Source of the DNA: an uncultured Candidatus Rokubacteria bacterium
GTDB taxonomy: Bacteria; JAUVQV01; DATDCY01
Length of the DNA: 64,000 nucleotides
Reading direction: 5' to 3'
Assembly: GCA_963699775.1 (NCBI GenBank)
Contig: CAVOVE010000003.1
Coordinates: 1,975 to 65,974, forward strand
Shown here: piece after piece, positions 46,956-62,320 of the stretch
Layout of the letters: every line of letters begins with the position of its first letter
Numbering within the stretch: the stretch's first letter is position 1
Translations under genes and position numbers: made by a program
The notes under the pieces: model-generated
What the model was told of the DNA's origin: nothing
Databases searched by the model: none
Seen by the model: only the letters and a program-made list of their open reading frames with translations

Positions 46956-46985
46956 TTGACGACCCGTGCCCTCCCCGCCTACCAT
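46956..46985 (+). promoter_or_regulatory. Putative sigma70 promoter of galU
   Basis: TTGACG-N18-TACCAT. Confidence 0.45.
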
Positions 46986-47045
46986 GGGGCATCGCGGCGC
47001 GTCACGGCCGGCGCAGCGCCGCACGGGTCCAAGGAGGAGGGTTTC

Positions 47046-47933
47046 ATGACCATCGTAAAGGCCGTCTTTCCCGTCGGCGGGCTCGGGACGCGGTTTCTCC
47101 CCGCGACCAAGGCCTCCCCGAAGGAGATGCTCCCGCTCGTCGACAAGCCGCTGATCCAGTACGTGGTCGAGGAGGCGCACCTCTCGGGGATCACCGATGC
47201 GATCTTCGTGACCGGCCGCGGCAAGCGCGCCATCGAGGACCACTTCGACACCATCTTCGAACTCGAGCACACCCTCGACAAGAAGGGCAACCGCAAGCTG
47301 CTCGAGGAGGTCCGCAAGATCACGCGGCTGGCGAACTTCTCCTACGTGCGCCAGGGCGAGCCTCTCGGCCTCGGCCACGCCATCCTCTGCGCCCGCAATC
47401 TCGTCGGCAACGACCCGTTCGCCGTCCTGCTCGGCGACGACATCATCCGCTCCCGGGTGCCCGCGCTCAAGCAGCTGCTGCGGGCCTTCGCGAAGCACCG
47501 CGGCGCCGTGCTCGCGGTTCAGCGCGTGGCGGGCCCGGGCATCAGCGACTACGGCGTCATCAAGGGCACGCGCATCGACGAGCGCACCTTCCTGGTCACC
47601 GACCTGGTCGAGAAGCCCTCCCCCGCCGAGGCCCCCTCGGACCTGGCGGTGATCGGGCGCTACATCCTGACGCCGGCCATCTTCCGCTATCTCGACGAGA
47701 CCAAACCGGGGCGCGGGGGCGAGATCCAGCTGACCGACGCGCTGCGCAAGATGTCCCAGGACTACCCGCTGTACGCCTACCTCTTCGAGGGCACGCGCTA
47801 CGACGCGGGCAACAAGCTCGGCTTTCTGCAGGCCACCGTGGAGTTCGCGCTGGCGAACCCCGACCTCGGCCCCCCCTTTCGCAAGTACCTGGCGACGCTG
47901 CTCGGGCAGAAGCTCGCGGAAGAAACGCCTGAT
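47046..47933 (+). CDS. galU: UTP--glucose-1-phosphate uridylyltransferase
   Basis: KAVFPVGGLGTRFLPATKASPKEMLP, PLGLGHA, LVEKP, GEIQLTDA; AGGAGG SD; end approximate. Confidence 0.95.
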
Positions 47934-48369
47934 GGGACTGCCGGAGGACGCTGCTCGAGTCTTCGCTGCGGCTGCTCGCGGCCCGGCGGCCGGCGCACCC
48001 GGCGATCGAGGAGACGGAATTCCCCGCGATCGACGTCTTCGAGACCCCCTGCGACGTGGTCATCGAGGCCGAACTGCCGGGGGTCGACCCCGCGGCCATC
48101 GCCGTGATCGCCAGCGAGGGTCTGATCGTGATCGAGGGCGCCAAGGAGGAGCAGCCCGGCCCGGGGCGGGTGAACTTCCTCTGCATGGAGCGCAGCTTCG
48201 GGGTCTTCCGGCGGGTGGTGCTCCCCGGCGCGGCGGTGGACATCTCGCGCGCGACCGCGGTCTGCCGGGACGGCATCCTGCAGGTGCGGGTGCCGAAAGT
48301 CGATGAAAAACGAGGGCGGGTCCGGGTCGTCCCGGTGATCGCCGCGCCGAGCGGGGAGAGGAGCGAGCC

Positions 48370-48373
<4 letters not shown>
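47932..48373 (+). CDS. Hsp20/alpha-crystallin small heat shock protein
   Basis: [37 protein letters not shown]. Confidence 0.88.
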
Positions 48374-50757
<2,384 letters not shown>

Positions 50758-50814
50758 CGTGCAAGACAGGAGGGGTTGGTGGACCCCTCCCCTCCAAGGA
50801 ACGACCACGCCATC

Positions 50815-50839
50815 GTAGGGGCGGGGTTGATCCCCGCCC
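50815..50839 (+). repeat. GTAG-type REP between convergent lon and the response regulator
   Basis: GTAGGGGCGGGGTTGATCCCCGCCC; a further hairpin GGAGGGGT...ACCCCTCC lies at 50769-50790. Confidence 0.8.
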
Positions 50840-50841
50840 GT

Positions 50842-52202
<1,361 letters not shown>

Positions 52203-52222
52203 GCCGCCAGTGTACCGCGCTT

Positions 52223-53752
52223 TCACGCCCGAGGGGACGCACGACGCGCCCGGACACCCCTTCCCCCGTCCGGCAAGGGGCGAAGTCGGATTTCCCGCGT
52301 TGCCGGTCGGGCGGCCTCGGGGAAGAGCACCGTGAAGGTCGTCCCGGCGCCGGGCGCCGTCTCGACGTCGATCGTCGCGCCCATCTCCTGCGGCGGTCCG
52401 CCTGCAGATCGCGAGACCGAGCCCGGTGCCGCGGCTGCCCTTGCCGGCGGTCGCGAACGGCTCGAAGAGGTGCTCGCGCGACCTCGGGCGCGATGCCGGG
52501 GCCGTCGTCGCTCACGCTGACGCCGGCGGCGCGTCCCGGGGGTCCGGGCGGAAGCTCGCGAGCGTCAGCGTCCCGCGCCCGGCGAGCGCCTGCGCACCGT
52601 TGAGCGCGAGGTTGAGGATCATCTGGCGGATGCGGTGCAGGTCGGCGCGCACGGTCGGGAGCCCGTCGGCGAGATCGAGCCGCAGGGCGACGCCGGTGAG
52701 GTCGGGTTGGTGGTCAGGTAGCGCGCCAGGTCGCGCAGCAGCGCGTTGAGATCGACGTCGCTCCAGTCCAGCCGCGGCGGGCGGGCGTACTCCAGCAGAT
52801 CGAGCAGGATGCGGTTGATCCGCGCCACCTCGCGGTCGGTCCGCACCAGGTACTCCCGGGCTTCCGCCGGCGACAACCCGCCGTCGCGCAGCATCGCCAG
52901 GTAGCCGGTGACCGCACCGAGCGGGTTGCCGACTTCGTGCGCGACGCCGGCCGCAACCGCCCCGACGGCGGCCAGCCGTTCGGAGCGCACCAGTTCGGCC
53001 TCCTTCGCCACGAGCCCGGCGTGCAATGCACGCAGCTCCTCGATGCGAGCCCGGTCCAGCTCGCGCCCCTCGCGCAGCCGCTGCCGCATCGTCTCGTAGG
53101 CCGCGGCGAGATCCCCCAGCTCGTCGGGACGCCCCTGGTCGACAGGCTGCTCGAGGTTCCCCAAGGCGATGCGATCGCTCGCCGCGACCAGCCGCCGGAT
53201 CGGCCCGACGACCATCAGCGAGACCAGCAGATAGAGGAAGAGTACGAGGATCAGCGCGGTGATCACCAGTTGCACGAGCACCTGGAGGTGCGCGTACGCG
53301 GCCCGGCGCCCGCCGTCCCGCGAAGAGAAGAACACCATCAGGCTGGCGGCAGTGGCGCCGCGGGGCTGCACCGTGAAGTTCCAGACGCTGGCGTTTGCGG
53401 GCGGCTGGCAGGTGGCGCCTGTCCCCGAGGTGGCGATCGCGCGCCCGGACTCGTCGCAGAGTGCCATCGCCTGCACGCTCGGGTCCTGCACCAGCGAATC
53501 GAGCAGTTCGGAGACCGCTGCCAGCCGAGGTCCGGGAGACGGCGGGGCGCCGCCGAGCAGCGGCCCGAGGGCCTTCTCGACGGCGGTCGCAATCGCGCGA
53601 CCGCGCCCCTGCTGCTCGGCCGTCAGGAACGCCGCGTTCTGGCGCAGCAGCATCAGCCCGAGGAGCCAGAGCGCCAACGCGACTAGGGCGAGCACGTTCA
53701 GGATCAGCCGTTCGCGGATGCCGAATCGGCGCTGCACCCCGGCAACAATCAT
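52223..53752 (-). CDS. HAMP-containing sensor histidine kinase (PilS-like context)
   Basis: Two TMs, [28 protein letters not shown]. Confidence 0.9.
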
Positions 53753-53808
53753 CTCGGACGGCCTCCCCCGGAGCGGTGATTGCGCTCCGGGGGGGGGATG
53801 ATACGCGA

Positions 53809-55260
53809 TCAGCGCAGCCGGTGCCAGGCCAGCTTCGTGCCGTAGCCGAAGCCGCCCAGCGCGAGGTTGATCGCGTCGCAGCTGTACTTGGCGCTCCAGT
53901 TGCCGGTGACGTCGCCGTCGACGCTGACGCCGCCGGTGCTGATCACGGCACCGACTGTCGTCGCGTTGCCGTTGACCCGCAGGATCTTGTCCGCGATGAT
54001 GACGCCGGTGAAGGAGCAGTTGCCGTTCATCCGGAACTCCGCCGGTGAGTAGGAGACATCATACTGCGGCTTGCTCGAGTCGGCGCGCGCGTCATAAAAC
54101 GCCGAGCCGGTGTTGTAAACCGGGCTCGTCGGGGACGAGGCATCGTAGACGTCGGGGTTGAAGTTCTCGTTGTGCACGACCAGAATTCCGTATCCGCTGC
54201 CGCCGTTGACGTGGAGGTCGCCCTGCTGCCACATGTAACTCGGGTTGACCGCCGTGCCGGGCATGCCGGCGAGCGTCGTCGTCGGTGTGAACATCCCGTT
54301 GAAATCAGCCTGGGAAATCCCAAGGACGTCCCACGGATTCTTGCCGAGCGGCCGCTTGCCCGGCGCGGTCGGGTCGAAGTTGGTGTTGCACGGGGTCGTG
54401 GCGGAGAATGACCCCTTCGGGTTGCCGCCGGGGATCCCGCCCGTGGTGCAGGCCGGGTAGCTGCGGCCAACGTCGACGGTGACCGCCGGCAGGTCCGAGC
54501 AGGTCCCCGAAGCGGCGGTCCCGGCCGCGTTGAAGTTGTGGCCGTCCACGTAGCCGCTGCCGCCGACGCTCACGTCGCCGCGCGCGGTGATCGCCCCCTC
54601 GACCTGGATGTCGATCTTGTTGCGAGCGATGTCCAGCGCGATCTGCCGGAAGCTCGAAGCCGTCGCTGGGGCGGTCCCGTAGTAGCCGGTCGCATCGATC
54701 TCGATCACCGGGTAGCCCTGGCCCGAACTCAGGTAGAGCGAGTCCGGGAAGTTGAAGCAGTTGTCGGCGCCGCTGCACTTGTTGTAGAGCACGATGTCGC
54801 CCGGGCAGGTATTTGCCGGGGACTGCACCGGCGGGCCGGGGTCGTTGTCTGTGTACCCGCTGGACTCGCCGGGGTCGGTGCAGTCGCCGTCGCCGTTGAC
54901 GTCGCGCCACTCGCGCTTGAAGCGCATGGTCACGTTGTAGGTGCCGCCGCTGCCCAAGGTGCGGGTCAGCGTCTGCGTCCAGTTCGGGTTGGCGGTGTAG
55001 GGATTGGGGAGCGACGCCTGGTTCTCGCGCACCCAGGTCATCCCGGCGGCCAGCCCGCCGTCGGCGGCCTGCAGCGCGATGCTGGCGTAGTTCTGGTTCT
55101 TGGCCAGGGAGCGCTCGAGGAAGGAGTTGATCAGCGTCGAGGCCGCGACGGTCGAGAGCACGAGCATGACCACCATGACCATCACGAGGAGGAATCCGCC
55201 CTCGTCGGCGTGGATCCGGCTCCGCCGTAGTGCTCTGCCTGCTTTCATCTGCGCATTCAT
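53809..55260 (-). CDS. PilX-like minor pilin (about 480 aa)
   Basis: EGG|FLLVMVMVVMLVL lacking E5, as is typical of PilX/GspK; ALQAADGGL; C-terminal FTGVIIA repeats. Confidence 0.8.
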   Translation of the reverse strand: MNAQMKAGRALRRSRIHADEGGFLLVMVMVVMLVLSTVAASTLINSFLERSLAKNQNYASIALQAADGGLAAGMTWVRENQASLPNPYTANPNWTQTLTRTLGSGGTYNVTMRFKREWRDVNGDGDCTDPGESSGYTDNDPGPPVQSPANTCPGDIVLYNKCSGADNCFNFPDSLYLSSGQGYPVIEIDATGYYGTAPATASSFRQIALDIARNKIDIQVEGAITARGDVSVGGSGYVDGHNFNAAGTAASGTCSDLPAVTVDVGRSYPACTTGGIPGGNPKGSFSATTPCNTNFDPTAPGKRPLGKNPWDVLGISQADFNGMFTPTTTLAGMPGTAVNPSYMWQQGDLHVNGGSGYGILVVHNENFNPDVYDASSPTSPVYNTGSAFYDARADSSKPQYDVSYSPAEFRMNGNCSFTGVIIADKILRVNGNATTVGAVISTGGVSVDGDVTGNWSAKYSCDAINLALGGFGYGTKLAWHRLR

Positions 55261-55283
55261 CGCCTTTCTCCTCGTCCTGGATG

Positions 55284-58200
55284 CTATGGCACGCAGGTTT
55301 CGGAGACCGCGGTTGGCATCGGGCTCCTGCTGGTGCAACTGGCCGTGGAGTAGGTCTGCACGACCCGGTACGAGTAGGGCTTGTCCGCCAGGAAGGCGCC
55401 CATGTCGATGGTGGCGCTCCATTTGTTGACGTTCGCGCCGTTGCCGTGGCCCAACCCGCTGACCACCACCGCGCCGGGCGTGGTGCAGGTGTAGGGGGAC
55501 GCCCCGAGGCACACCCCGACCGGCGGCGCCGCCGGCGTGCACCCCGACGTGTCGCAGGCGAAGAACTCGAAGCCCATCGCGACCCCGGCCGGCGTGGAGG
55601 GGACGGTAGTGTTCGAGGTCCAATCCAAAATGGCCTTGGTCGTCACCGGACCATTTTTGTCAGTGCACTTCCCATCGGGCGACACGCTGAGGCTCGTCGG
55701 AGCGGCCGGGACTGGGAAGCCCACGCAGGGGTTGTTGGTGTAGGTCTCATTCACCGGACCGTGCCAGGGACTGTAGTTCTTTGAGGCGCAGAAGTCGTAG
55801 GCCCGGACCTGATAGTAGTACTCTTGCGTCCCGGCGGTGCCGATGACGTGCGTGACCGTCGTCGCGGTGCCGGAGGTCGGCGACTCGTCGATCGCCGCCC
55901 ACGACCCGCCCGCGCCGACCTTGTACTGGATCTCGTACCCGGCCAGGTCGTTGGGCAGCGGGCTGGGCGCGGCCCAGGTCAGGGTGACGCCGGCGTCGTC
56001 CGCCGCGGTCACGGTCAGGGCGGTCGGGGCGTTGGGCAGGGTGCTGGTACAGGGGTCGAAGCTCTCACCAACCGCGCTCGACCAGCCGCCGTAGTTCGGT
56101 GTCACGCAGGAGTCGAACGCCCGCACCTGGTAGAAGTACGCGTGCGTCCCGGCGTCGGTCACCAGGTCCTTGACCGTCGTCGCGCCCCCGTAGAGCGGCG
56201 AGCGGCTGATCGGCGCCCAGGCACCGCCGGCGCCGTCCTTGCGCTCGATCTCGTACCCGGCCAGATCGCCCTGGTCGGGCGAGGGCGCCGACCAGGAGAG
56301 GGTGACCCCCGTACCGTCCGACCCGGTGACGCCGAGGCCGGTGACTACCCCGGGGACGGTGCCGCAGGGGCTCAGGAATTGCTCGGTGTAGGTGTTGGAT
56401 TTTGCGCTTTCATTCGGCGTGCTGCACGTGTCGATCACGGTGACCTGGTAGCGGTATTCCGAGGTGCCGATGTCTCCCGCGATCGAGGTGTCGGTGTAGG
56501 TGGACGTCGAGGAGTCGGTCGACGTGATCCAGCCGAACGCGCCGCCGTCGCGGCTGCGGTAGACCCGGTAGCCGCCGCCGTCCTGGAAGATCTCGCCGTT
56601 GGTGTTGTGCGTCGGCGGCGCCCAGGTGGCAGCGTCACGGTCGTCCCGTTCGTGCTGCCCGCGAGCGTCGCCGGGTTCGGAGTCTCGTCACAGGGGTTGT
56701 TGACAATCGGCTCGGTGTAGGTGTTCGACGGCACGCTGATGTTTTTCCCCGGAGACGAGCAACTGTCGAACGCCTTGACGTAGAAGGAGTACTTGACGTT
56801 CTTGATGTCGCTGGCGGTGTCGTCTAAATAGGTGAGCGTCCCGGCCCCGACGGTCGAGAGCAGGGTCCAGGAGGCGGCTCCGGCCTGGCGCCAGATCTCG
56901 TAGCCGGCAAGGTCGGTCAGCGGCGCGGTCGACGGGGCGGCGTTCGTCGTCGGCGCGGTCCAGGAGAGCGACACCCGGTCCGGCATCGCCGCGGCGACAC
57001 CGGTGAGGACCGGCGGGTTCGGCGTGTTGTTGCAGGGGCCTTCCGCGGAGTCGGTGTAGATGTCCGAGGGCAGGCTCTCCCGCGGGACCGGCAGGCAGCG
57101 GTCGATCGCCGTCACGTGGTACTGGTAGCTGATGGTGTCGATGTTCGGGACCCCCGTGTCGGTGAGCGTCAGGGTCGTCGGGTCCTCGATCAGGCCGTTG
57201 GCGAGCAGCGACCACCCGGCACCGCTGTTGCGGTAGATCTTGTAGCCTTTGGCGTCGTTGTAGGTCGTCCCCGACGAATTCGTTGTCGGCGCCGTCCAGG
57301 TTAGCTTCACGCTTCCACCCGAAGTGACGCCGGCGAGGGTCGGCGGCGGGTTCGGCGTCGTCTGGCAGGGGTTCTCGGGGAGCTGATAATACTGAAAGGC
57401 GCCGCTGCCGATCTCCGGCTCGCGGTCGAAATTCCCCTGACTGTCGACGGCGACGATGAAGTACCAGATGTTGCTGCCGGGGTGGTCGGGGATCCGCTGG
57501 TCCGTCGGGGAGACCGGCGTGCGCCACTGGTTGCCGGCGACGTGCTCGAGGTCGATGCGGGTGTAGGGGGGGAGGATCGGGAACACCGCGTTGGCGGCGA
57601 CCGGGGGCGGCGCGGTCAGCGTGCGGGCGTTGTCGACGTAATAATAGAGCCGCACGGCGCTGAGCCCGGCGCCGGAGGAATCGAAGACGTTCGTGTAGAC
57701 CGTGAGCTTCGACCCGCCGCCGATAGTCACGGCGTTGAGAACATTGCCCCCCTGGTCGCCGGGGACCGGCCAGGCGCGGGTCCCCGCGACAGGCTTGTCC
57801 TGCGTCGTGCCGTAGGCGTAGGGACCGAGCGGCGCGTACACCGACCCGACCACGCCGCAGCCGTCGGTCTTGGTCGACTCGTTCCGGTAGGTCAGCGCGA
57901 AATCGAGGGTCTGTTGCCGCGAGTCGGTCTCAAGCGTGACGGTGCCGTCGGCGTTCTTGAAGAGCGTCACGAACGGGATCCGGGTGTCCAAGGCGGTGAA
58001 GCTGGAGTTGGAGAGCATCACCGAGCTACTGGTGTAGCCGCGCGTCAACGGGAGGACTGTGTCCTGCCAGCCGATCGTCACCGCCGTCGTTTCGCCGTCG
58101 CCAAACGCCACCTTCTGCAGGTAGGCCTGCGGATTCTCCCAGGAAGCGGTGAACTGCTGCAGTGTCAGATTGGAGGCGGCGGTGTTCTTGGTCCAGAGGG

Positions 58201-60583
58201 TGACCGTGTTGTGCAGGAAAGTCGGCGAGATCGAGGTCAAACCGTCCACGATGCTCTCGGTGAAGGGGAGCGCCGAGGAGCTCGCCTTGAGGTACCCCGT
58301 CACAATCTGCGGGGTGATTTCGTCGCGGTCGATCTTCCCGACGGAGAGATTGTTGACCGTGGTCGCGGCGACGTTGTCGTCAGGATTGTTGGACGCCCGC
58401 TCGGTCGCGGTGACGTTGGCGCGGCGCTCGTAGTAGCAGTCCGCGGCCTCGATGCGGTAAGAGTAGGTGGCGCCATTTTCGACCGGGAAGGATCCGGTCC
58501 CGGTGTTCGTGATGTCGTTGAACCAGGTCGGCGTCCCCTGGGTCAGCTCGGTGCCGCCGCTGGCGCAAGTCAGGTCCTCGCAGCGCCAGACGTGGAAACC
58601 CGCGAGGTCGCGGTAGGTGGTGACGTCGTAGTCGTCCCAAGAGAGCCGGATGCCGTCGGTTGCGGAGCAACCCCCGGTCTGGATGGGCGACGAGGGCGCG
58701 GGCGGCGCATCGTAGCAGGTCTCGCCGACGTTGCAGTCCCCGCACTGCGTCCCCTCGGAAATCGAATACTGGGTGACTTCGCTGTGGTTGAGGCACTGGT
58801 CGAAGGACACGGCCAGGAAGTAGTAGGTCACCGGGTCGCAGGCGGCAGTCCCGGCGTCGACGGCCGCCTGGTTCGTGCAAGCTTGCAGTTCGGGGACTGT
58901 GTAGCTTGGGTCGCCCCTGGTCGGGTCGGAACTGTTGAAGTTGATCGGCGGCCAGATCGTGCCGGTCCCGGTGAACGTCCCGAGCGGACCCGGGAACGGA
59001 GCGCTGTCCGGGATCGGCAGGCCCCCGGACACTACGCCCGTCACGGGGTCCATCGCGGGGTAGCCGACCGAGCTGTACCAGATCTTCGAATGCGTGAAAT
59101 CCTCGTCGGTGCCAATCTTCACCGGGTTCTTCAGATTGAGGATGATTCTCTTGTAGCCGGGTTTCGCGACCAGGACGGGACTGGTCGGCTTGACGGCGTC
59201 GGTGGGCACCCCACTGACGGTGGCGAACTGCAGCGCGGCCACCGGGATCTGGGTGTCGCAGGCGATCGCGGCCAGCTTGTAGTAGTAGGTTGTGCAGCCG
59301 AGGAGGCCGGTGTCGGTGAAGGTCACCTTGCTCGCGTCGAGGGTGGTGTAGTCCGCGATGCGGTTGCCGGTCACCGGCGTGTCGTCCGGCGTGAATGTGT
59401 CGGAGACGGCGCTCCGGTAGAGCCGGTAGCCCCGCAGTTCAACGGCCGGAGATGCGGTCCAGGTCAGCGTGACGCTGTTGTCTCCCGGGGTGGCGGTCAA
59501 CCCGGTCGGGGCGGCCGGTGGCAGCGTTGTCACCGTGGTGTCCGTGCCGTAAATCGCCCACTCGGTGGCGTCGCGCGGGCTGGTCGCGGGGTTGCCGCTG
59601 GCCTCGGCGGAGAGACCGGGGCTGATGTTGCCGGACTTGTCGTAGGCGGAAATCGCGAAGTAGTACTTCGGTTGGGGAGTGATACCGGTGATCGAGGAGT
59701 CCAGCCCGGTCACGGTTTGGTACTCGGACTGTCCCGCGGTCTTCGGCGGCCGCGCGATGACCAGACGCTCGGAGTAGGCGCCGGGTGCAAGACCGTAGAA
59801 GATGGTGTACCCTTCGAGATCGGGCTCGGTGTTGGCGTTCCAGCGCAGTTGCAGCGTGCCGCACTGCCCGGGGTCCCAGGACACCAGGCCGTCCGGAGTC
59901 GCGGGAGGCGTCACGTCCGTGGGCGTCGCCGCGACTCCGACGTTGCGCGCGCGCACATCCGCGGTGAGCGTGAGCTGCGGCGTCTTTTTGGTGTTCGGGT
60001 CCGGACGGCTGGCGTTGCAGGTCAGCGTCGCGCGCACGGCCCGGATGTCCTTGACGTCGGCGCCATCCCAGGCAGCGTTGTCGGTGGAGAAGTACGAGAA
60101 GGACAGGTTGGCCACGTTTGAAGCCAGAGTCTGGGCGGTGACGTTGATGGGATCGTAGCCGCCGCCGGGGACGTGCCGTTGGAACTCCCGCACGAGATTG
60201 CCTCCAACCAGCTTGAAGGTGACCTGCGTGTTGTTGTCGTAGCCCGCGACGTAGGGGCCCTCGTTACGGGCATTGTCGTCGTAGTATTCAAAGGTGACGG
60301 TGTTGCCCGCCGCGACGCTGATCGGGCGTTGCTGGTCCCGGGCCCGGTAGCCGGCCAGGGTCAACTCGCTCTTGACCTGATCCATCGCAAAATTGCAGCT
60401 GGTCTGCATATCGTTGTAGATTTTCTGCGACAGCCCGCTTTTCTGCGTGTAGTTGAAAACGGCGTAGATGCCGAGGCCGACGATGACCGCCACACCGATC
60501 GCGGTCATCAGTTCCACGAGGGAGTAGCCCAGTTGGTTGTGCAGGCGAGTGCAGCGGTTTATTGTCCGCCGATCGGAATTCAT
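55284..60583 (-). CDS. Giant PilW-like minor pilin (about 1,770 aa) with about 10 fibronectin type III-like repeats
   Basis: QLG|YSLVELMTAIGV, ELTLAGY and a PilW-like globular domain, then repeated LTW...GY.IYR...Y.Y.V.A.D. The 1382-aa and 384-aa ORFs join through an indel near 56630. Confidence 0.85.
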
Positions 60584-60625
60584 CGCTCTCCCTCCCCCTC
60601 CGCAGTTTCCCGCTCGTTCAGTAGT

Positions 60626-61069
60626 TCAGAATCTCGAGACAACGCTCGAGACGAGGATCGTCTTTGGGGTGCCCCGCGCGTCGGTGAACGACAGGACGAC
60701 GTTGACGTCGGCTTGGTTGCTCGAAGTGAGCGCAGTGCCGGCCGGCAGCGGCGACACGGTGCGCACACGGGTGAATCTGCCGTCGATGGTGGAGGTGCAG
60801 GTGGCGACAGTGCCCGCCACCGTGCAGGCCTCCGCGAGCGCGGCGTTCGCCAGTTGTAGGTTGTTGTAGGCGGTATTCCGGCTTTTCTCGACGGCCTCCT
60901 CCGCGAGTTGATTGGCCCGCGTGATGCGCCGGGAAAGATTCGTGTTGCGCGAGGCGAAGACGAAGACCGCCCCCAGCTGCCCGACGATGTAGGCCAGGAA
61001 CAACATTGCGATCATGCTCTCGACGAGCGTGAATCCGGCGGCGCCGCTGATTTTCCCCTTGAGTGTCAT
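60626..61069 (-). CDS. PilV-like minor pilin
   Basis: AAG|FTLVESMIAM; 147 aa. Confidence 0.85.
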   Translation of the reverse strand: MTLKGKISGAAGFTLVESMIAMLFLAYIVGQLGAVFVFASRNTNLSRRITRANQLAEEAVEKSRNTAYNNLQLANAALAEACTVAGTVATCTSTIDGRFTRVRTVSPLPAGTALTSSNQADVNVVLSFTDARGTPKTILVSSVVSRF

Positions 61070-61073
61070 GGCG

Positions 61074-61571
61074 TCACTCCTGCACCCAGGAACCGCCGCT
61101 CCAGCGCCGAACGAACATCCGACCCGTCGGTTCGACGACGATCTGCTTGCGGTGGCTGCTATCCGGCGTGCGGACTTCGATCACGGCCTGGCCGTTGAGC
61201 GGGACGTTCACCTGGCCATTCCCCATGACAATGAGCGTCTGCGCGAGATTGAAGCCGGCGGCGTTGACCAGATCGGAGCCGGAAAGGCTCGTGGCGCCCA
61301 AGGTCTGCCAGGCGCCGGCCTGGAACTTCGACGGGGTGTAGCTGTCGTTCGCAAGGTCGAACTGGATCCGGTAGTCCGTGCTCTTCGAGATCGCACGCAC
61401 GCGCGCCAGCGCGATCTCGTTCGAGAGAACCATGACGTTGTTGTAGAGCCGGATCCGCGGCCTGAGCCCGATGAAGGAGGGGATCCCGATCGCCGCCATG
61501 ATGCCAATGATGGCCACGACGATCAGCAGTTCGACCAATGTGTACCCCGCTTGTGCTCTCGACCCGGTCAT
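61074..61571 (-). CDS. FimT/FimU (GspH)-like minor pilin
   Basis: QAG|YTLVELLIVVAIIGIMAAIGIP, ARVRAI, VEPTGR; GGAGG SD. Confidence 0.88.
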   Translation of the reverse strand: MTGSRAQAGYTLVELLIVVAIIGIMAAIGIPSFIGLRPRIRLYNNVMVLSNEIALARVRAISKSTDYRIQFDLANDSYTPSKFQAGAWQTLGATSLSGSDLVNAAGFNLAQTLIVMGNGQVNVPLNGQAVIEVRTPDSSHRKQIVVEPTGRMFVRRWSGGSWVQE

Positions 61572-61595
61572 CTGTCCACCTCCGGTCCCTTGGTA

Positions 61596-61611
61596 AGCAC
61601 CAATCATGCCA
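61596..61611 (-). promoter_or_regulatory. sigma54 (-24/-12) promoter of the minor pilin operon
   Basis: TGGCATGATTGGTGCT (GG-N10-GC), 25 bp upstream of the fimT ATG. Confidence 0.75.
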
Positions 61612-61855
61612 CGGATGAGCGTCAACCCCGGTCGGGACTGCCGTCGCACACGAGGCTATCCCCTCACTATCCGGTTAAACTGCATAGCTTCCTGTTCTTT
61701 ATACACTATTTCTTGGCGAATCGTTCCTCCCGCATCAGCCGCAGCCGGCTGTAGGCGGCATGGTCGCTATAGCGGCGAAATCAACCTTGAGGTTCGCTGA
61801 ACGTGAAAAGATTGCAGTCATTGTGCAAACCTTGCGAAGTCCACCGGCCGGTTAA

Positions 61856-61960
61856 GTCAGGACCAGGCATCTCCCGGCAGCGCTCCGGAAGGAATGGCCC
61901 GCTCTCGGACCTGTTGATCGCGGCAATCGCCATCGAGTACCGACTCGTGATCATCGACGG
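61856..61960 (+). pseudogene. Decayed partial copy of the vapC 3' region
   Basis: CCCGCTCTCGGACCTGTTGATCGCGGCAATCGCCAT is near-identical to 62939-62974 (PLSDLLIAAIAIE). Confidence 0.7.
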
Positions 61961-62320
61961 CAGGGATACCATGGCCCCTCCCTCCCGTGAAAGCATGCGC
62001 GAAGCAGCGAGAGTTCTTGTGTGAAAGTTCAGCGCAGACGCCGAGGAGGCGAGCCGTGTGGCGCTGTTTGTACCGTTTCCGGCGAGAGGGAAGAACCGTG
62101 GCGTGCGGATTGTGGTTCCCCTGTCTCTACCAACACTACAGCGCATCCACCTGCAGGAAACTCAACACCCACTTCACCCCCTTTTCAGAAAGGGGAACGC
62201 TGAGGTTTGATGCACGGGAAATGCTTTGCAGGTTCAAAAATGCATAAAAGGCTCGCTGTAGTGATGCGTTGACTTTTGATCTTCATCATATATATTTACC
62301 ATACAAAGGAGGCATATACT

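Noticed and set aside
57482-60121. 879-aa plus-strand ORF antisense to the giant PilW
   Set aside because: Arg/Gly/Val-rich shadow ORF; the minus strand carries the coherent domains.
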